A DNA stretch of 64,000 nucleotides from an uncultured Pseudomonadales bacterium (GTDB lineage: Bacteria; Patescibacteriota; Microgenomatia; UBA1400; UBA1396). How positions within the stretch are numbered: position 1 is the first letter of the stretch; every line of letters starts with the position of its first letter. The translations under genes were made by a program, and so were the position numbers. Under the pieces are notes generated by a model. The model had not been told where the DNA came from. It saw only the letters and a program-made list of their open reading frames with translations, and ran no database searches. The DNA lies in assembly GCA_964447905.1 (NCBI GenBank), contig CAYUUK010000005.1:279-64278 (forward strand). Direction: 5' to 3'. Of this stretch, positions 9,879-19,870 are shown piece after piece.

Positions 9879-12164
9879 TTATAACCGATTCTGGAGAAAA
9901 CTCCGGAGGCCTGGGAGACGGTGAGTTGGTTCATACATAACTTGAATGAACTGGTCGTTTCCAGCAGGGAGTGGCACCGCCATGAGCGCTGGAGCTACTT
10001 GGATGGGTTTCAAGGTTTGTCCATTTACCATTACTTTCCAGTTGGGGTGCCAATTTTCTGCCAAGATAAGCACGCTTTGTTCAGTGGTAGAAATGGTGAA
10101 ATCAGCTCCATTTTCGTACGGAGTGTACTCAGTAATCTGAGCAGCAATGCTCGCTTCAGTGTAGGAAAGTGTGCAGTTTTTCGGTTTGGTGAGGTCACAA
10201 CTGGTTGGATCAGCGGTCCATACTCGCGGCCAAGCGGCGGTGTTTTCGTAGACGTACACGCCGGATTTCTCGGTGGCTAAAACGAGGTTATCATCTTGGA
10301 CCGGTTGTTCACTCAGCACGTATTTGACGGCCATTTGGTTGGTGACAGCATTGGACTCCGCTGACATGCGCAAGAAACCATTGTATGTAGTCTCTACAAC
10401 GGCAAAATGCTCTTGTAACCAGCGGAAGTAGTCAGTGGAAAGCGATGTGGAGTAGCCGTTGATCACCGGAACGTCAAATAATACAGACGAGTTTGGCAAG
10501 TAAATAGTTCCGCTGGCATGCACACGGCTAGTACCAATGTTATCTTGCAGCCAAGCAGTGAGCTCGGTATCAGGGAATATTTGGTCGCGCGGAGAAAAGG
10601 TATTGAAGTTGCCGAGTTGCAGGGTGAGCTCAAAAAAGACGTAGGCCGCAAGCAGTCCACGGAAAACTCTCCGAGAGAGGCGTTGTGACCAGCCAAGGAG
10701 AGCAATACCGCCATACCCACTCGCAACTACGGCCGCGATTGCGCCGGAGCGCAGAATCCAGCGCTGCTGCACCGCTTCCACTTGGAAGGAGTACCCAATG
10801 AGGAGTACAGCCACAGCTGCTACGAAAAGAAGCGGCCACAACCCGCGTGAACGCAGTGTTTTCCAGTTGAGCGAAGAAATTTTGGCAGTGACGTCATCAA
10901 AGAGCAAACTCGACCAAATGGCCCCGCTCAAAAGCACGAGTGTAATAAGGCGAGTAGCTTGTCCGAGGTTGAGAAATGGCACACCGTAAATAATTTGCGT
11001 AACCAGTGGCACTCCATGCATGATCGACCACGCCAACGCCGCCATGCCCACAAAGAATGTGGCGTCTTTCCGCCAGGTTTTTGTAAGCCACGCCCCGGAT
11101 AGCAGCAGCCATGGCAGTAAACTCATGTAGCGCCCATACTCCACAATATTTTTGTTACCAAAATAAGAGAACTGGTACGTGTTTCCCAGCATGTCTGGCT
11201 GAACGAAACCGGCGATTGACTCGGCAGCGCCAGAAACGGAACAGAGCTCGCAGATTGGTGTATGTTCGCCAGCTTGCTCGCCGCGGATACCGCTTTCGAG
11301 TTTGGTGGTCCAGTTAAGGAGACCTGGCGCCAAGATGGCCACAAAAATACCCACCGGCACAGCAAAGCCCAGTATTTTTTGAACCAGAGTGGCGAGTTTT
11401 GTGTAGGTCTTTTCTTGCCAGACCAAATACCAGAAATACACTCCGAGCATGAGCAAGAGATAGATCACTCCCTGCGTGTAGCCAGATGACCAAACAAAAT
11501 ACAGGAGCGGGAAAAAGGCAATCATCAGCCACCATTTGGTGGTGTACCACAGTCGGCGGAAGACCCACAAAACGAGCGGAAACAAGATCTGCGTATGGAG
11601 ATGAGCCGGGAACATGTACCAGACAATTTGGTGTTGGCCAAACAGCCAAAGAATGGCCCCAGCCAATGCGGCCGCGCGCGTGGGAGTGAGAGCATCTTTA
11701 CGCCCAGTCGCCCAGTCGCGAATGAGCCAGTAGAAAAAAACAGCTCCAAGCGCTGTTTGCCAGAGGGTGTTAATCAAAAAGGCCTCGATCACCCCGCCCA
11801 GTATCCAGCCAGGGAGCTGCAAGGAAATATAGAACCAGTTCATGCCGGCCGGTTGTCCACCGAATGTGTAGGGATTGTAGGTGCTGTACGAACCAGCCTG
11901 CAGATTTTCCCACATGAGCGTATGGCGCGGGGCATAGACCATGATGGCGTCGGCCAAAATGGAGTTACGCGTGCGGACTTCTTCGGCGACAGATTTCTGC
12001 GGAGCGTAAAACGTAGAAATATCACCTGGGAACATGGTGGAGTCTACAGGACGAATCGGCAGCCAGACAAATAGGCCGGCCAGCCCCAAGAACAGCATAA
12101 ACACATACCACGACTCTTGCAGCCAACGCGGAATCCACTGAGTAAAACGGCGCATTACTTCCAT
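9879..12164 (-). CDS. YfhO-family membrane glycosyltransferase-like protein
   Basis: YNPYTFGGQP, many TMs, GYST, VKYVLS, ENWHPNWKVMVNG; start placed at MEVMRR. Confidence 0.78.
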   Translation of the reverse strand: MEVMRRFTQWIPRWLQESWYVFMLFLGLAGLFVWLPIRPVDSTMFPGDISTFYAPQKSVAEEVRTRNSILADAIMVYAPRHTLMWENLQAGSYSTYNPYTFGGQPAGMNWFYISLQLPGWILGGVIEAFLINTLWQTALGAVFFYWLIRDWATGRKDALTPTRAAALAGAILWLFGQHQIVWYMFPAHLHTQILFPLVLWVFRRLWYTTKWWLMIAFFPLLYFVWSSGYTQGVIYLLLMLGVYFWYLVWQEKTYTKLATLVQKILGFAVPVGIFVAILAPGLLNWTTKLESGIRGEQAGEHTPICELCSVSGAAESIAGFVQPDMLGNTYQFSYFGNKNIVEYGRYMSLLPWLLLSGAWLTKTWRKDATFFVGMAALAWSIMHGVPLVTQIIYGVPFLNLGQATRLITLVLLSGAIWSSLLFDDVTAKISSLNWKTLRSRGLWPLLFVAAVAVLLIGYSFQVEAVQQRWILRSGAIAAVVASGYGGIALLGWSQRLSRRVFRGLLAAYVFFELTLQLGNFNTFSPRDQIFPDTELTAWLQDNIGTSRVHASGTIYLPNSSVLFDVPVINGYSTSLSTDYFRWLQEHFAVVETTYNGFLRMSAESNAVTNQMAVKYVLSEQPVQDDNLVLATEKSGVYVYENTAAWPRVWTADPTSCDLTKPKNCTLSYTEASIAAQITEYTPYENGADFTISTTEQSVLILAENWHPNWKVMVNGQTLKPIQVAPALMAVPLPAGNDQFIQVMYEPTHRLPGLRSFLQNRL

Positions 12165-13009
12165 GCTTTGATCATACCGGAAAGGTTTTTGGCTCTCTCG
12201 AGCAAAATCTGCGGAGCAAATTTCAGCCAAGCCACCAGAGAATAACTCCCGAGCACAATCCGCCACCAGTTTTTCCAGTCTTGGCGAGCTTTGAAGCCAG
12301 AGAACTTGGTCGAGGTAGCGTGTTTGTGGTGATAAACGATGGCGTTTTCGGCGAGCGCGGAGGTGAAGCCAGCTTTTCGGGCGCGGAGGGCTAAGTCGAC
12401 ATCTTCTAGATAGGCAAAGAAACTTGGGCGGAAGCCGCGGAGCTGGGTGAGGAGGCGGCGGGTGTACAGCGCGGCGGCGGCGTCTGGGCCGAAGGGTTCT
12501 TTGAGCTTTGTGCGAGGCAACAGATTGGGGTGATTGGTCCAGGAATCCGCTGTGTGTTCCTTGTGAGGAAGCGGGATCGCCTGCCCGCGCCAGCGGAAGG
12601 TAAAGCCTTGGGAATCAAGTGTCGTTTTGTCGCTGAGGTGGATGGTAGAGGCAATCATGTCAGCGCCGGTGGCGTGGTGCGTGGCGACGAGTTCGGAGAG
12701 CCAATTTTGGTCGACCGTGGTGTCGTCGTTAAGGAGAACAACCAAGTCTTCGGTGCTGGCGGTGATACCCGCGTTGACGGCGCCGGTGAAGCCGGTGTTT
12801 TGGCCGAGGGAAATGCAGTGGAGCTTTAGTTGCTTGGTGAGTGTTGTCGGCACTGACTTTTCAAAAGCGCTGAGTTTTTCTTGGCTCGTGTTGGCCATGA
12901 GGTATACCGAAAAATCTGGTACTTGGTGGAGGTCAGCGAGACTTTTTAGACATGCCTTGAGCAGACCTGGACTGGTTAACAGCGTGGGGATGATGATGGC
13001 GACGGACAC
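12155..13009 (-). CDS. Glycosyltransferase family 2 (rhamnosyltransferase-like)
   Basis: NTGFTGAVNAG, LLNDD, FFAYLEDVDL. Confidence 0.88.
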   Translation of the reverse strand: MSVAIIIPTLLTSPGLLKACLKSLADLHQVPDFSVYLMANTSQEKLSAFEKSVPTTLTKQLKLHCISLGQNTGFTGAVNAGITASTEDLVVLLNDDTTVDQNWLSELVATHHATGADMIASTIHLSDKTTLDSQGFTFRWRGQAIPLPHKEHTADSWTNHPNLLPRTKLKEPFGPDAAAALYTRRLLTQLRGFRPSFFAYLEDVDLALRARKAGFTSALAENAIVYHHKHATSTKFSGFKARQDWKNWWRIVLGSYSLVAWLKFAPQILLERAKNLSGMIKAWK

Positions 13010-13012
13010 ACC

Positions 13013-13150
13013 TTATGAATTCTTATGAGAAGTTTTTTTTGTATCTTGGTGGTCAAGATACTCGGCTCGCAGGATGAAAAAAACAAGACCAAAAGACAAA
13101 ACAAGTGGTCCAGCTTGAGCGATAAGTTTGAGGATATTCTCAGAAAGCAT
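13013..13150 (-). CDS. Small single-TM protein (45 aa), gene B of module copy 1
   Basis: MLSENILKLIAQAGPLVLSFGLVFFILR...; overlaps gene A stop; similar to 28456-28599. Confidence 0.6.
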   Translation of the reverse strand: MLSENILKLIAQAGPLVLSFGLVFFILRAEYLDHQDTKKTSHKNS

Positions 13151-13346
13151 ATTTTTTGTTACTTTCGGCGTATTTATAGACAATATACCACAAGAAACCG
13201 GTAAGCCCAACGTTGGTAATAAACACAATCCAGGATGTTACTTCCAGTCGCATAAAGGCCATCCATGAAACACCAAACGTAATTTGTGAAGCTGTGAGGG
13301 CGATGTCATACAGGCGAGGAGCACGAAGTCGCGGGATTTTTGCCAT
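13140..13346 (-). CDS. Small two-TM protein (68 aa), gene A of module copy 1
   Basis: GAGG before ATG; QITFGVSW...N...LWY aligns ungapped with 28230-28463. Confidence 0.65.
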   Translation of the reverse strand: MAKIPRLRAPRLYDIALTASQITFGVSWMAFMRLEVTSWIVFITNVGLTGFLWYIVYKYAESNKKYAF

Positions 13347-13404
13347 TTGCCTCACTCTATCACCCAAAACAAACAACAAATGCACGGTATACTGAACTAC
13401 AGCT

Positions 13405-14547
13405 ATGCGCGTTCTCTTATTTGTCTATGAATACCCACCGCTTGGCGGTGGTGTGGCGAATGCTATTTATCACTTGCTGCAAGAATGGAAAGACGATGCG
13501 GACCTGACAATAGACGTGGTCACTTCTTCACTGAAAAATGAGTGGGAAACAGAGCAGCTCGCCAAGCGAATTGTGCTGCACCGAGTGCCCATTGGCGTGC
13601 GCTCTCCAGACAACTATCGCCGGCAAACGCTGGTGCATATGGTGAAGTACACGCTGGGATCGCTGTGGCGCGGAACTCGCCTGAAGATGAAAAACAGCTA
13701 CGATGTATCGCTTTCATTTGGGTATCCGGGGCCCGTGGCCAGTTGGTGGCTGTCGTGGTTTGGTGTGCCGTATGTCGTAGCGCTGCGCGGCGTGGATGTG
13801 CCTGGTTATAATCCGCGGTTTTCGTGGGGGAGCTGGGTGCATCGCTTGGTTATGCGGGTGCTGTGGAGCCGCGCCAAGGCGCTCACGGCCAATAGCCAGT
13901 GGCTCGCCGATGGAGCGCGGAAAACCTGGCCGCAGGCTCCGATTACCGTGATTCCGAATGGCGTTGATACTGATCTTTTCCAACCAGTGCCGCCAGAAGA
14001 CAAGTTTGCCGCCTTCACCGTCACCGCTGGCGGCACCGTCATGGGCAAAAAGAAACGCCTCGATGTTCTGATTGCTGGCTTTGCTGAGTTCGTGCAGGCA
14101 GAGAACTTAACCAGTAAAGAAGCCCAGCTGTTGCTGATTGGTGACGGTGATGAGTATGCTGCGCTGGTGCAGCTGGCGCAAGATTTAGAGATAGAATCTT
14201 ATGTTCGTTTTGTCGGCGCCAAAGACCGTAAATGGATTGCTCAAAACTTGCCGCGGTGTCATGTGTTTTGTTTGCCCTCGGTAGCAGAGGGCATGAGTAA
14301 TGCGGCGCTGGAGGCGATGGCGTGTGGGCTGCCGCTGGTTTTGAGTGATGTGGGGGCGGCAAGGGAGATGGTGCGGGGGAATGGGACAGTTTTGCAGTCA
14401 GTCTCGCCAGAAACAATTACGAAGACTTTGAGAGCTTGGCATGCCGATAGTGCTCTTCTTTTTACTATGAGTCAAAAAAGTGCGGCGTTGTCAGCAGAGT
14501 TTTCTTGGGGTATAGTGGGTAAAGAGTTGAAGGATCTATGGCAATAA
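13405..14547 (+). CDS. Glycosyltransferase family 4
   Basis: EYPPLGGG, IPNGVD, EGMSNAALEAMACG. Confidence 0.92.
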   Translation: MRVLLFVYEYPPLGGGVANAIYHLLQEWKDDADLTIDVVTSSLKNEWETEQLAKRIVLHRVPIGVRSPDNYRRQTLVHMVKYTLGSLWRGTRLKMKNSYDVSLSFGYPGPVASWWLSWFGVPYVVALRGVDVPGYNPRFSWGSWVHRLVMRVLWSRAKALTANSQWLADGARKTWPQAPITVIPNGVDTDLFQPVPPEDKFAAFTVTAGGTVMGKKKRLDVLIAGFAEFVQAENLTSKEAQLLLIGDGDEYAALVQLAQDLEIESYVRFVGAKDRKWIAQNLPRCHVFCLPSVAEGMSNAALEAMACGLPLVLSDVGAAREMVRGNGTVLQSVSPETITKTLRAWHADSALLFTMSQKSAALSAEFSWGIVGKELKDLWQ

Positions 14548-15902
14548 ATTGGCGCAGACCGCTTATCTTTAGTCTCCTTACCCTGACGGGAAGTAAGGTT
14601 ACTTGGAACTTGCGCAAGATCTGGCAGTATCACCAACTGTCTTCTGCCGAACTCAAGCACATTCAAGACCAGAAACTCACAGAACTTCTTTTGCACGCCT
14701 ACAAAAAAGTGCCGTACTACCACGGAGAGTTACTGCGCCGTGGTGTCGTTCGCAAAAACGGCTCAGTAGATCTTCAAGCATTTACAGATATTCCAGTTAT
14801 GACGAAGGATCGCATGCGTTTGCTTGGTGAAAAATTGCACGCTATGGACCATAAGAAGCGGGGCAGTTTTGAGAATACTTCAGGTGGATCAACCGGTGAG
14901 CCGGTAGTGTTTTTGCAAGATGCACGATATAAGGACTGGAATATAGCTAATAAGTTGTACTATGCCGGACTGGTTGGGAAGCATGTTGGTGAGCGAGAAG
15001 TAAAATTGTGGGGATCAGAGCGAGATATTTTGCAGGGCTCAATCGGTGTTAAAGAACAGCTCATGAATTTTCTCTATAACCGCCTTCTTCTGAACGCTTT
15101 CTTGATGACAGAAGAAGATATGCGAGTGTATGTCGCCAAGATTGATGCCTTTCGGCCGCAGCATATTTGGACGTATGTGGACAGTATCTACCAACTCGCT
15201 CGTTTCATGGAAGCCAATACACTGCGCTTGCAGCACCCACCAAAGTCAGTTATTACCACTGCTGGGGTGCTCACCGAAGAGGTTCGTAGGTTTGTGGAGT
15301 TCGTCTTGAATACCAAGGTGTACAACCAGTACGGATCGCGCGAAGTTGGTGATATGGCTGCCGAAGACAAAACACAAAATGGATTAAATACTTTTCCTTG
15401 GACTCATTTTTTAGAGATTACTGATGCGGGAGAAATACTCGTCACTACCCTCGAAAATTACTCTATGCCACTGATTCGATACAAAATTGGTGACACAGCC
15501 GCGTGGCTCGATGAGAATAGGTACAAAACAGCGCAGAACGCAACTAGAAAACTTGCCAAGGTGACCGGACGAACCACCAATCATTTTCTGCGCGCTGATG
15601 GCACAGTAGTGCACGGCGAGTACTTTACGCACGTCTTTTACTTCAAATCTTGGGTGAAACGGTTTAAAGTGGTACAGGAGCAGTATGATTTGGTGCGATG
15701 TTTGGTCGTTTTAAATGGTCAGCCAAATCCGCAAGAACAAGCGCAAATGACTGCCGATATCAAGACCGTTATGGGAGAAGAGTGTGCAGTGGAGTTTGAG
15801 TTTGTAGAGGAGATCCTCCCGAGTGCTTCGGGGAAGTATTTGTATACGGAGAGTCTGGTTGTGAAAGAAAAAGGAGATCATGAGCTTCAAAAAAATACTT
15901 AA
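14538..15902 (+). CDS. Phenylacetate-CoA ligase/CapK-family adenylating enzyme
   Basis: TSGGSTGEP, YGSRE, PLIRYKIGD, SGK near the C-terminus. Confidence 0.85.
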   Translation: MAINWRRPLIFSLLTLTGSKVTWNLRKIWQYHQLSSAELKHIQDQKLTELLLHAYKKVPYYHGELLRRGVVRKNGSVDLQAFTDIPVMTKDRMRLLGEKLHAMDHKKRGSFENTSGGSTGEPVVFLQDARYKDWNIANKLYYAGLVGKHVGEREVKLWGSERDILQGSIGVKEQLMNFLYNRLLLNAFLMTEEDMRVYVAKIDAFRPQHIWTYVDSIYQLARFMEANTLRLQHPPKSVITTAGVLTEEVRRFVEFVLNTKVYNQYGSREVGDMAAEDKTQNGLNTFPWTHFLEITDAGEILVTTLENYSMPLIRYKIGDTAAWLDENRYKTAQNATRKLAKVTGRTTNHFLRADGTVVHGEYFTHVFYFKSWVKRFKVVQEQYDLVRCLVVLNGQPNPQEQAQMTADIKTVMGEECAVEFEFVEEILPSASGKYLYTESLVVKEKGDHELQKNT

Positions 15903-16590
15903 AGAGTTGAATAGGAAGGTCGCAAAACAATACGCAGGTACTCGTGCGTACTGGATGAGATCACCTGCTGGGATATCTTTACTGAAAACAACTGAGTATG
16001 CTCTTGAGAAATATACCTCAGGAGGTGATTTTCTTGATGCAGGAGCTGGTAAATTGGCCTATCGTTCACTGTTGAAAGAGTATGCAGATACATATACCAG
16101 TTGTGATTTTCAGAAGGTTCATCCAGAACTAGATGTAGTGACGGATATTGAAAAAATGTCTTTCAAGTCAAAGAAGTTTGATCTCGTTTTTTGCTCCCAA
16201 GTTTTAGAACATGTGCCGCACCCTTGGCTGGCTCTCGGTGAGATGTACCGTGTTTTAAAGCCATCTGGAACGGCAATTATTACTGTCCCCATGCTTGGGT
16301 ACATTCACAATGCACCCTATGATTTTTACCGCTACACCCAATACGGTCTGCATACACTCGCTGAGGATGCAGGTTTTACTGTATTGGAGATTGCTCCTGT
16401 AGGTGGATTCTTTGCATTTCTAGGATACGTATTTACTACGCTTATTTCGCCATTGTATGGAGTTCCTTTTGTTGGAAAACTCCTCGTTCCGCTCCTCTAT
16501 CCGTTGTACTGGACATTTTTACAGTTAGATAGAATTACTAACAATGAGTCTTTTTTTCCGCTTAACTATCTCCTCGTGGTAAGAAAATAG
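15880..16590 (+). CDS. Class I SAM-dependent methyltransferase
   Basis: LDAGAG, QVLEHV, RVLKPSG, PYDFYRYT. Confidence 0.88.
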   Translation: MSFKKILKELNRKVAKQYAGTRAYWMRSPAGISLLKTTEYALEKYTSGGDFLDAGAGKLAYRSLLKEYADTYTSCDFQKVHPELDVVTDIEKMSFKSKKFDLVFCSQVLEHVPHPWLALGEMYRVLKPSGTAIITVPMLGYIHNAPYDFYRYTQYGLHTLAEDAGFTVLEIAPVGGFFAFLGYVFTTLISPLYGVPFVGKLLVPLLYPLYWTFLQLDRITNNESFFPLNYLLVVRK

Positions 16591-16591
16591 T

Positions 16592-17509
16592 ATGAAAGTT
16601 TTTTTTGCTGGCGATACAATTTTCCCTAATACGAAGCGTACTGTACAGTCAGAAGTCTTAGAGACTCTCGCGGATTCATCATTGTATTTAAATCTAGAGT
16701 CTGTACTTCTCTCAAAGCGGCCCATAAACAGTGATGCATCCTTGATCGCAAAATTACTCGGAAATTATCCAGTTTTTTCTCTTAGCGAAAATAGTGAAAA
16801 TTTCCCTGTAAAGAATGTGTTTTTCTTTCTATCGAATAATCACATTTTCGATTTTGGGAAAAAAGGCATATTGCGTACAGTGCAGTTTTTAGAGGAAGAA
16901 AACAAAGCTCATCAATCAGTAGATTTAGTAGATGGAGTCATAGTGGAAGTTCCTGTTGCCAATCAGGGAAGAATTCTTATTTATAACTGTAATCTTGTAA
17001 ACCCGAGTAAATATGGGGTGAACGTAAATATCTACAATCATAGGTATGGGAGCTTTCCTTTTTCGATTAGAGATGTCAATCGAGCGTTGCAAAATGTGGA
17101 ATATTCAGATGTTTTGGCAGTCATAGGTTTTCCGCACTTGGGGAAGTGTGGTCGAGATAATTTTAGCCCTCACGATTTTGCACAGCTTACGTCACTGCGG
17201 CAATATATTCCGAATTCTATTCCACATATAGTTTTAGGTCATCACTCACATCAAAATGGGAAAACGCATTATTTGCCTGAAAGCAATCAATTTTTACTCT
17301 ATAGCCTTGGTAATTTTATTTTTGAAGAGGTCCATGGTCGTTTTACGGATAAGTATTTTTATAATTACCTCGCCGAGGTAGATGTACAGTCAGGTAGAAT
17401 TGATATCACCCTGCACAAGATATATAGTGATGATCAGGAAATCAGGTTGGTTTCAGATAACGAAAAGTCGTATTATCCGACTGATAATATTGAACAGATA
17501 TCTTTGTAA
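16592..17509 (+). CDS. CapA-family metallophosphoesterase-like protein
   Basis: FAGD, NLES, SNNHIFDFG, GHHSH, YSLGNF. Confidence 0.78.
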   Translation: MKVFFAGDTIFPNTKRTVQSEVLETLADSSLYLNLESVLLSKRPINSDASLIAKLLGNYPVFSLSENSENFPVKNVFFFLSNNHIFDFGKKGILRTVQFLEEENKAHQSVDLVDGVIVEVPVANQGRILIYNCNLVNPSKYGVNVNIYNHRYGSFPFSIRDVNRALQNVEYSDVLAVIGFPHLGKCGRDNFSPHDFAQLTSLRQYIPNSIPHIVLGHHSHQNGKTHYLPESNQFLLYSLGNFIFEEVHGRFTDKYFYNYLAEVDVQSGRIDITLHKIYSDDQEIRLVSDNEKSYYPTDNIEQISL

Positions 17510-17524
17510 AGAATAAGGAAATCT

Positions 17525-17947
17525 ATGGACTACACAATCCAAGAATTTGAAAAAATAAATGATTCTCGAGGTGAATTAGTTGTTTTTCTGAAAAGTGATG
17601 AGCTCGATGAACGGGATCGAGAGTTTGGGCAGATTTATTTTGTTACTTTTGAAGGTGAAAACCAAATTCGTGGTGAACACTATCATAAACATTGGCGTGA
17701 GTGGTTCGGCGTGGTATCTGGGAAAATATTGGTCCGTCTTAAAGATGTACGTAGCGGAGAAAAAAAAGAGATCATTATTGATGCTGACCACAGTAAGTAT
17801 GTGCGTTTAGAAACCGGTCCGTATGTTGTTCACGGTTTTAAGAGTATTTCTGAGTATGCTGCCATGATCAACTATGCTAATGGCATGTGGTCAGAGAATG
17901 ATACGTTTGCTCACCCATTATTTAATGAGGAGTGGAATGAAGAATAA
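17525..17947 (+). CDS. WxcM/FdtA-like cupin (sugar 3,4-ketoisomerase)
   Basis: DSRGEL, RGEHYH, HGF. Confidence 0.75.
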   Translation: MDYTIQEFEKINDSRGELVVFLKSDELDERDREFGQIYFVTFEGENQIRGEHYHKHWREWFGVVSGKILVRLKDVRSGEKKEIIIDADHSKYVRLETGPYVVHGFKSISEYAAMINYANGMWSENDTFAHPLFNEEWNEE

Positions 17948-18947
17948 TTCTGCGGTACGAGTACTAGTTTCAGCAGTTGGCAGTACAACAGCTTTATCTG
18001 CTATAAAAGGTTTTCGGCGTGGTACTCTTCCAGTGTATATCTTGGGTACAGATAGTAATTCGCACGATACCGTTGCTGGCAGCGTATTTTGTGATGCTTT
18101 TGAGCGAGTACCACTTTTTCATTCTGATGAATATATACCCAAAATGCTTGAGGTATGCGAAAAGCACAAGATCCAGGTTATTGTTCCGATTGTTGATGAA
18201 GAAGTGTTACTTCTGTCACAAAACAAAGCAGCCTTTTTAGAAAAGGGTATACACATAGTAGCTTCTTCGCACGAAACAGTGTTGAATTGTAATGATAAAT
18301 TAAAGACATATCAGGCGCTGCTGGCCCAAGGAGTGGAGACAACTCCTACTTGGTTGCTTGAAGAAGTAGAAGCTAGCAGCGTCATATTTCCTCTTTTCTC
18401 GAAGCCTAGAAAAGGCCTCAGTAGCCGCGGAATCTCGCTAATCTCTACGGTTGAAGAGTTGCAGTCACTGCGGTCGAAATCTAGTGATTGTGTAGTACAA
18501 CCATACTATCCAGGTACACTCTACGTTGTGGATGTGCTCAATACTACAGATGGAAAGAACATATTTGCTCTGCCAAGAATAGAACATGAATCAAAAAGTG
18601 GAGTTGGCGTAAAATCCACCACTACTCATAATGATACACTTACAATGATATCTCGAGAGGTGAGTGAGGCTCTTGGTATTTGTGGTCCAGCAAATATAGA
18701 GTTCATCCAGACAGAAGATGGCGAGTTTCATTTTATTGAGATTAATCCTCGTTTTTCTGCTGGGTCAATTCTGAGTACTGTTGCTGGAGTGAATATTCAT
18801 CAGCAAGCGCTTGAGTTGTTTCTGGGAAAAGATAGAAATGAGGCACTTGAGTTTTTATCTGGGGTTACTATGACTCGTTATTGGCAGGAAGTGTATTATA
18901 GAGATGGAGAAGAATTTGGGTCACAGAGGGATGAAGCATGGATTTAA
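17937..18947 (+). CDS. ATP-grasp domain ligase
   Basis: CNDKLKT, KPRKGLSSRG, IEINPRF; GAGGAG before ATG 17937. Confidence 0.82.
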   Translation: MKNNSAVRVLVSAVGSTTALSAIKGFRRGTLPVYILGTDSNSHDTVAGSVFCDAFERVPLFHSDEYIPKMLEVCEKHKIQVIVPIVDEEVLLLSQNKAAFLEKGIHIVASSHETVLNCNDKLKTYQALLAQGVETTPTWLLEEVEASSVIFPLFSKPRKGLSSRGISLISTVEELQSLRSKSSDCVVQPYYPGTLYVVDVLNTTDGKNIFALPRIEHESKSGVGVKSTTTHNDTLTMISREVSEALGICGPANIEFIQTEDGEFHFIEINPRFSAGSILSTVAGVNIHQQALELFLGKDRNEALEFLSGVTMTRYWQEVYYRDGEEFGSQRDEAWI

Positions 18948-19870
18948 CGAGGAAAAAGATAGTCATCACAGGTGGTACCGGATTTATTGGGACGCATATA
19001 GTAAATAGTCTTCTATCTTTGGGAGCTGAGGTGATTTCTTTTTCTCGTAAAGAGCGTCTATCGCACCATCCCCGTTTGCATTTTGTGCAGTGTGACCTTT
19101 TCGAGTCATCTTTGCAGGAATACGAATCACTGGCAGATGTTATCGGACAAACTGATGCTGCCATATTTGCAGCGGCTAGTATCTTGCCTCGGAGCGAGGG
19201 CGTAGATAGTTTAATTGCGGCTAAAGAGAAAAACTTCGATACATTTTTGAATTTCACGGAGACCGTCGGAAAAAAAACAAAGCAAGTAATATTTACCAGC
19301 ACTATAGATGTTTATGGAGTTCCTGAACACGAAGAGTACAGTGAGGAACATCGAATTTTACCCGAGTCTTCCTATGGAGTCGCTAAGTATGCAGCTGAGA
19401 AGTATCTTGAGTATTGGTCTCGGCAAAACAGCATTCCGTATACCGGTTTGCGTTTTTCTCAAGTATATGGACCGAATGAGCCATTGGTTCGTGTCATTCC
19501 TTTTGCCGTGCAAGCTTGGAAAGAGAAAAAAGCCTTTCGCTTGATCAATGGAGGCACAGATAAGAGAAGATTTCTGTATGTCCAAGATGCTGTTTCCTCA
19601 ATCATATCTGCACTAAGTACCAATAAAAATACTTTTTACAACATTGCTGGAGAAGATGTGGTTACGATTAGGGATATAGTTTCCACGATTGAAACACTGA
19701 CTGGTTCCACGATGGAAATCCAAGATCTGGTCCAAGAAGGTCGAAGGCCAGTGCATAATGTACCAAGTATAGCCAAAGCGAAAGATGAACTTGGCTTTCA
19801 ACCGGAGTACTCTTTTATAGCCGGGATGAAAGAAGTATTAAAGGATGTATATGAACATGAACAAGAGTAA
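18938..19870 (+). CDS. NAD-dependent epimerase/dehydratase
   Basis: GGTGFIG, STIDVYG, YGVAK, RFSQVYGP. Confidence 0.88.
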   Translation: MDLTRKKIVITGGTGFIGTHIVNSLLSLGAEVISFSRKERLSHHPRLHFVQCDLFESSLQEYESLADVIGQTDAAIFAAASILPRSEGVDSLIAAKEKNFDTFLNFTETVGKKTKQVIFTSTIDVYGVPEHEEYSEEHRILPESSYGVAKYAAEKYLEYWSRQNSIPYTGLRFSQVYGPNEPLVRVIPFAVQAWKEKKAFRLINGGTDKRRFLYVQDAVSSIISALSTNKNTFYNIAGEDVVTIRDIVSTIETLTGSTMEIQDLVQEGRRPVHNVPSIAKAKDELGFQPEYSFIAGMKEVLKDVYEHEQE

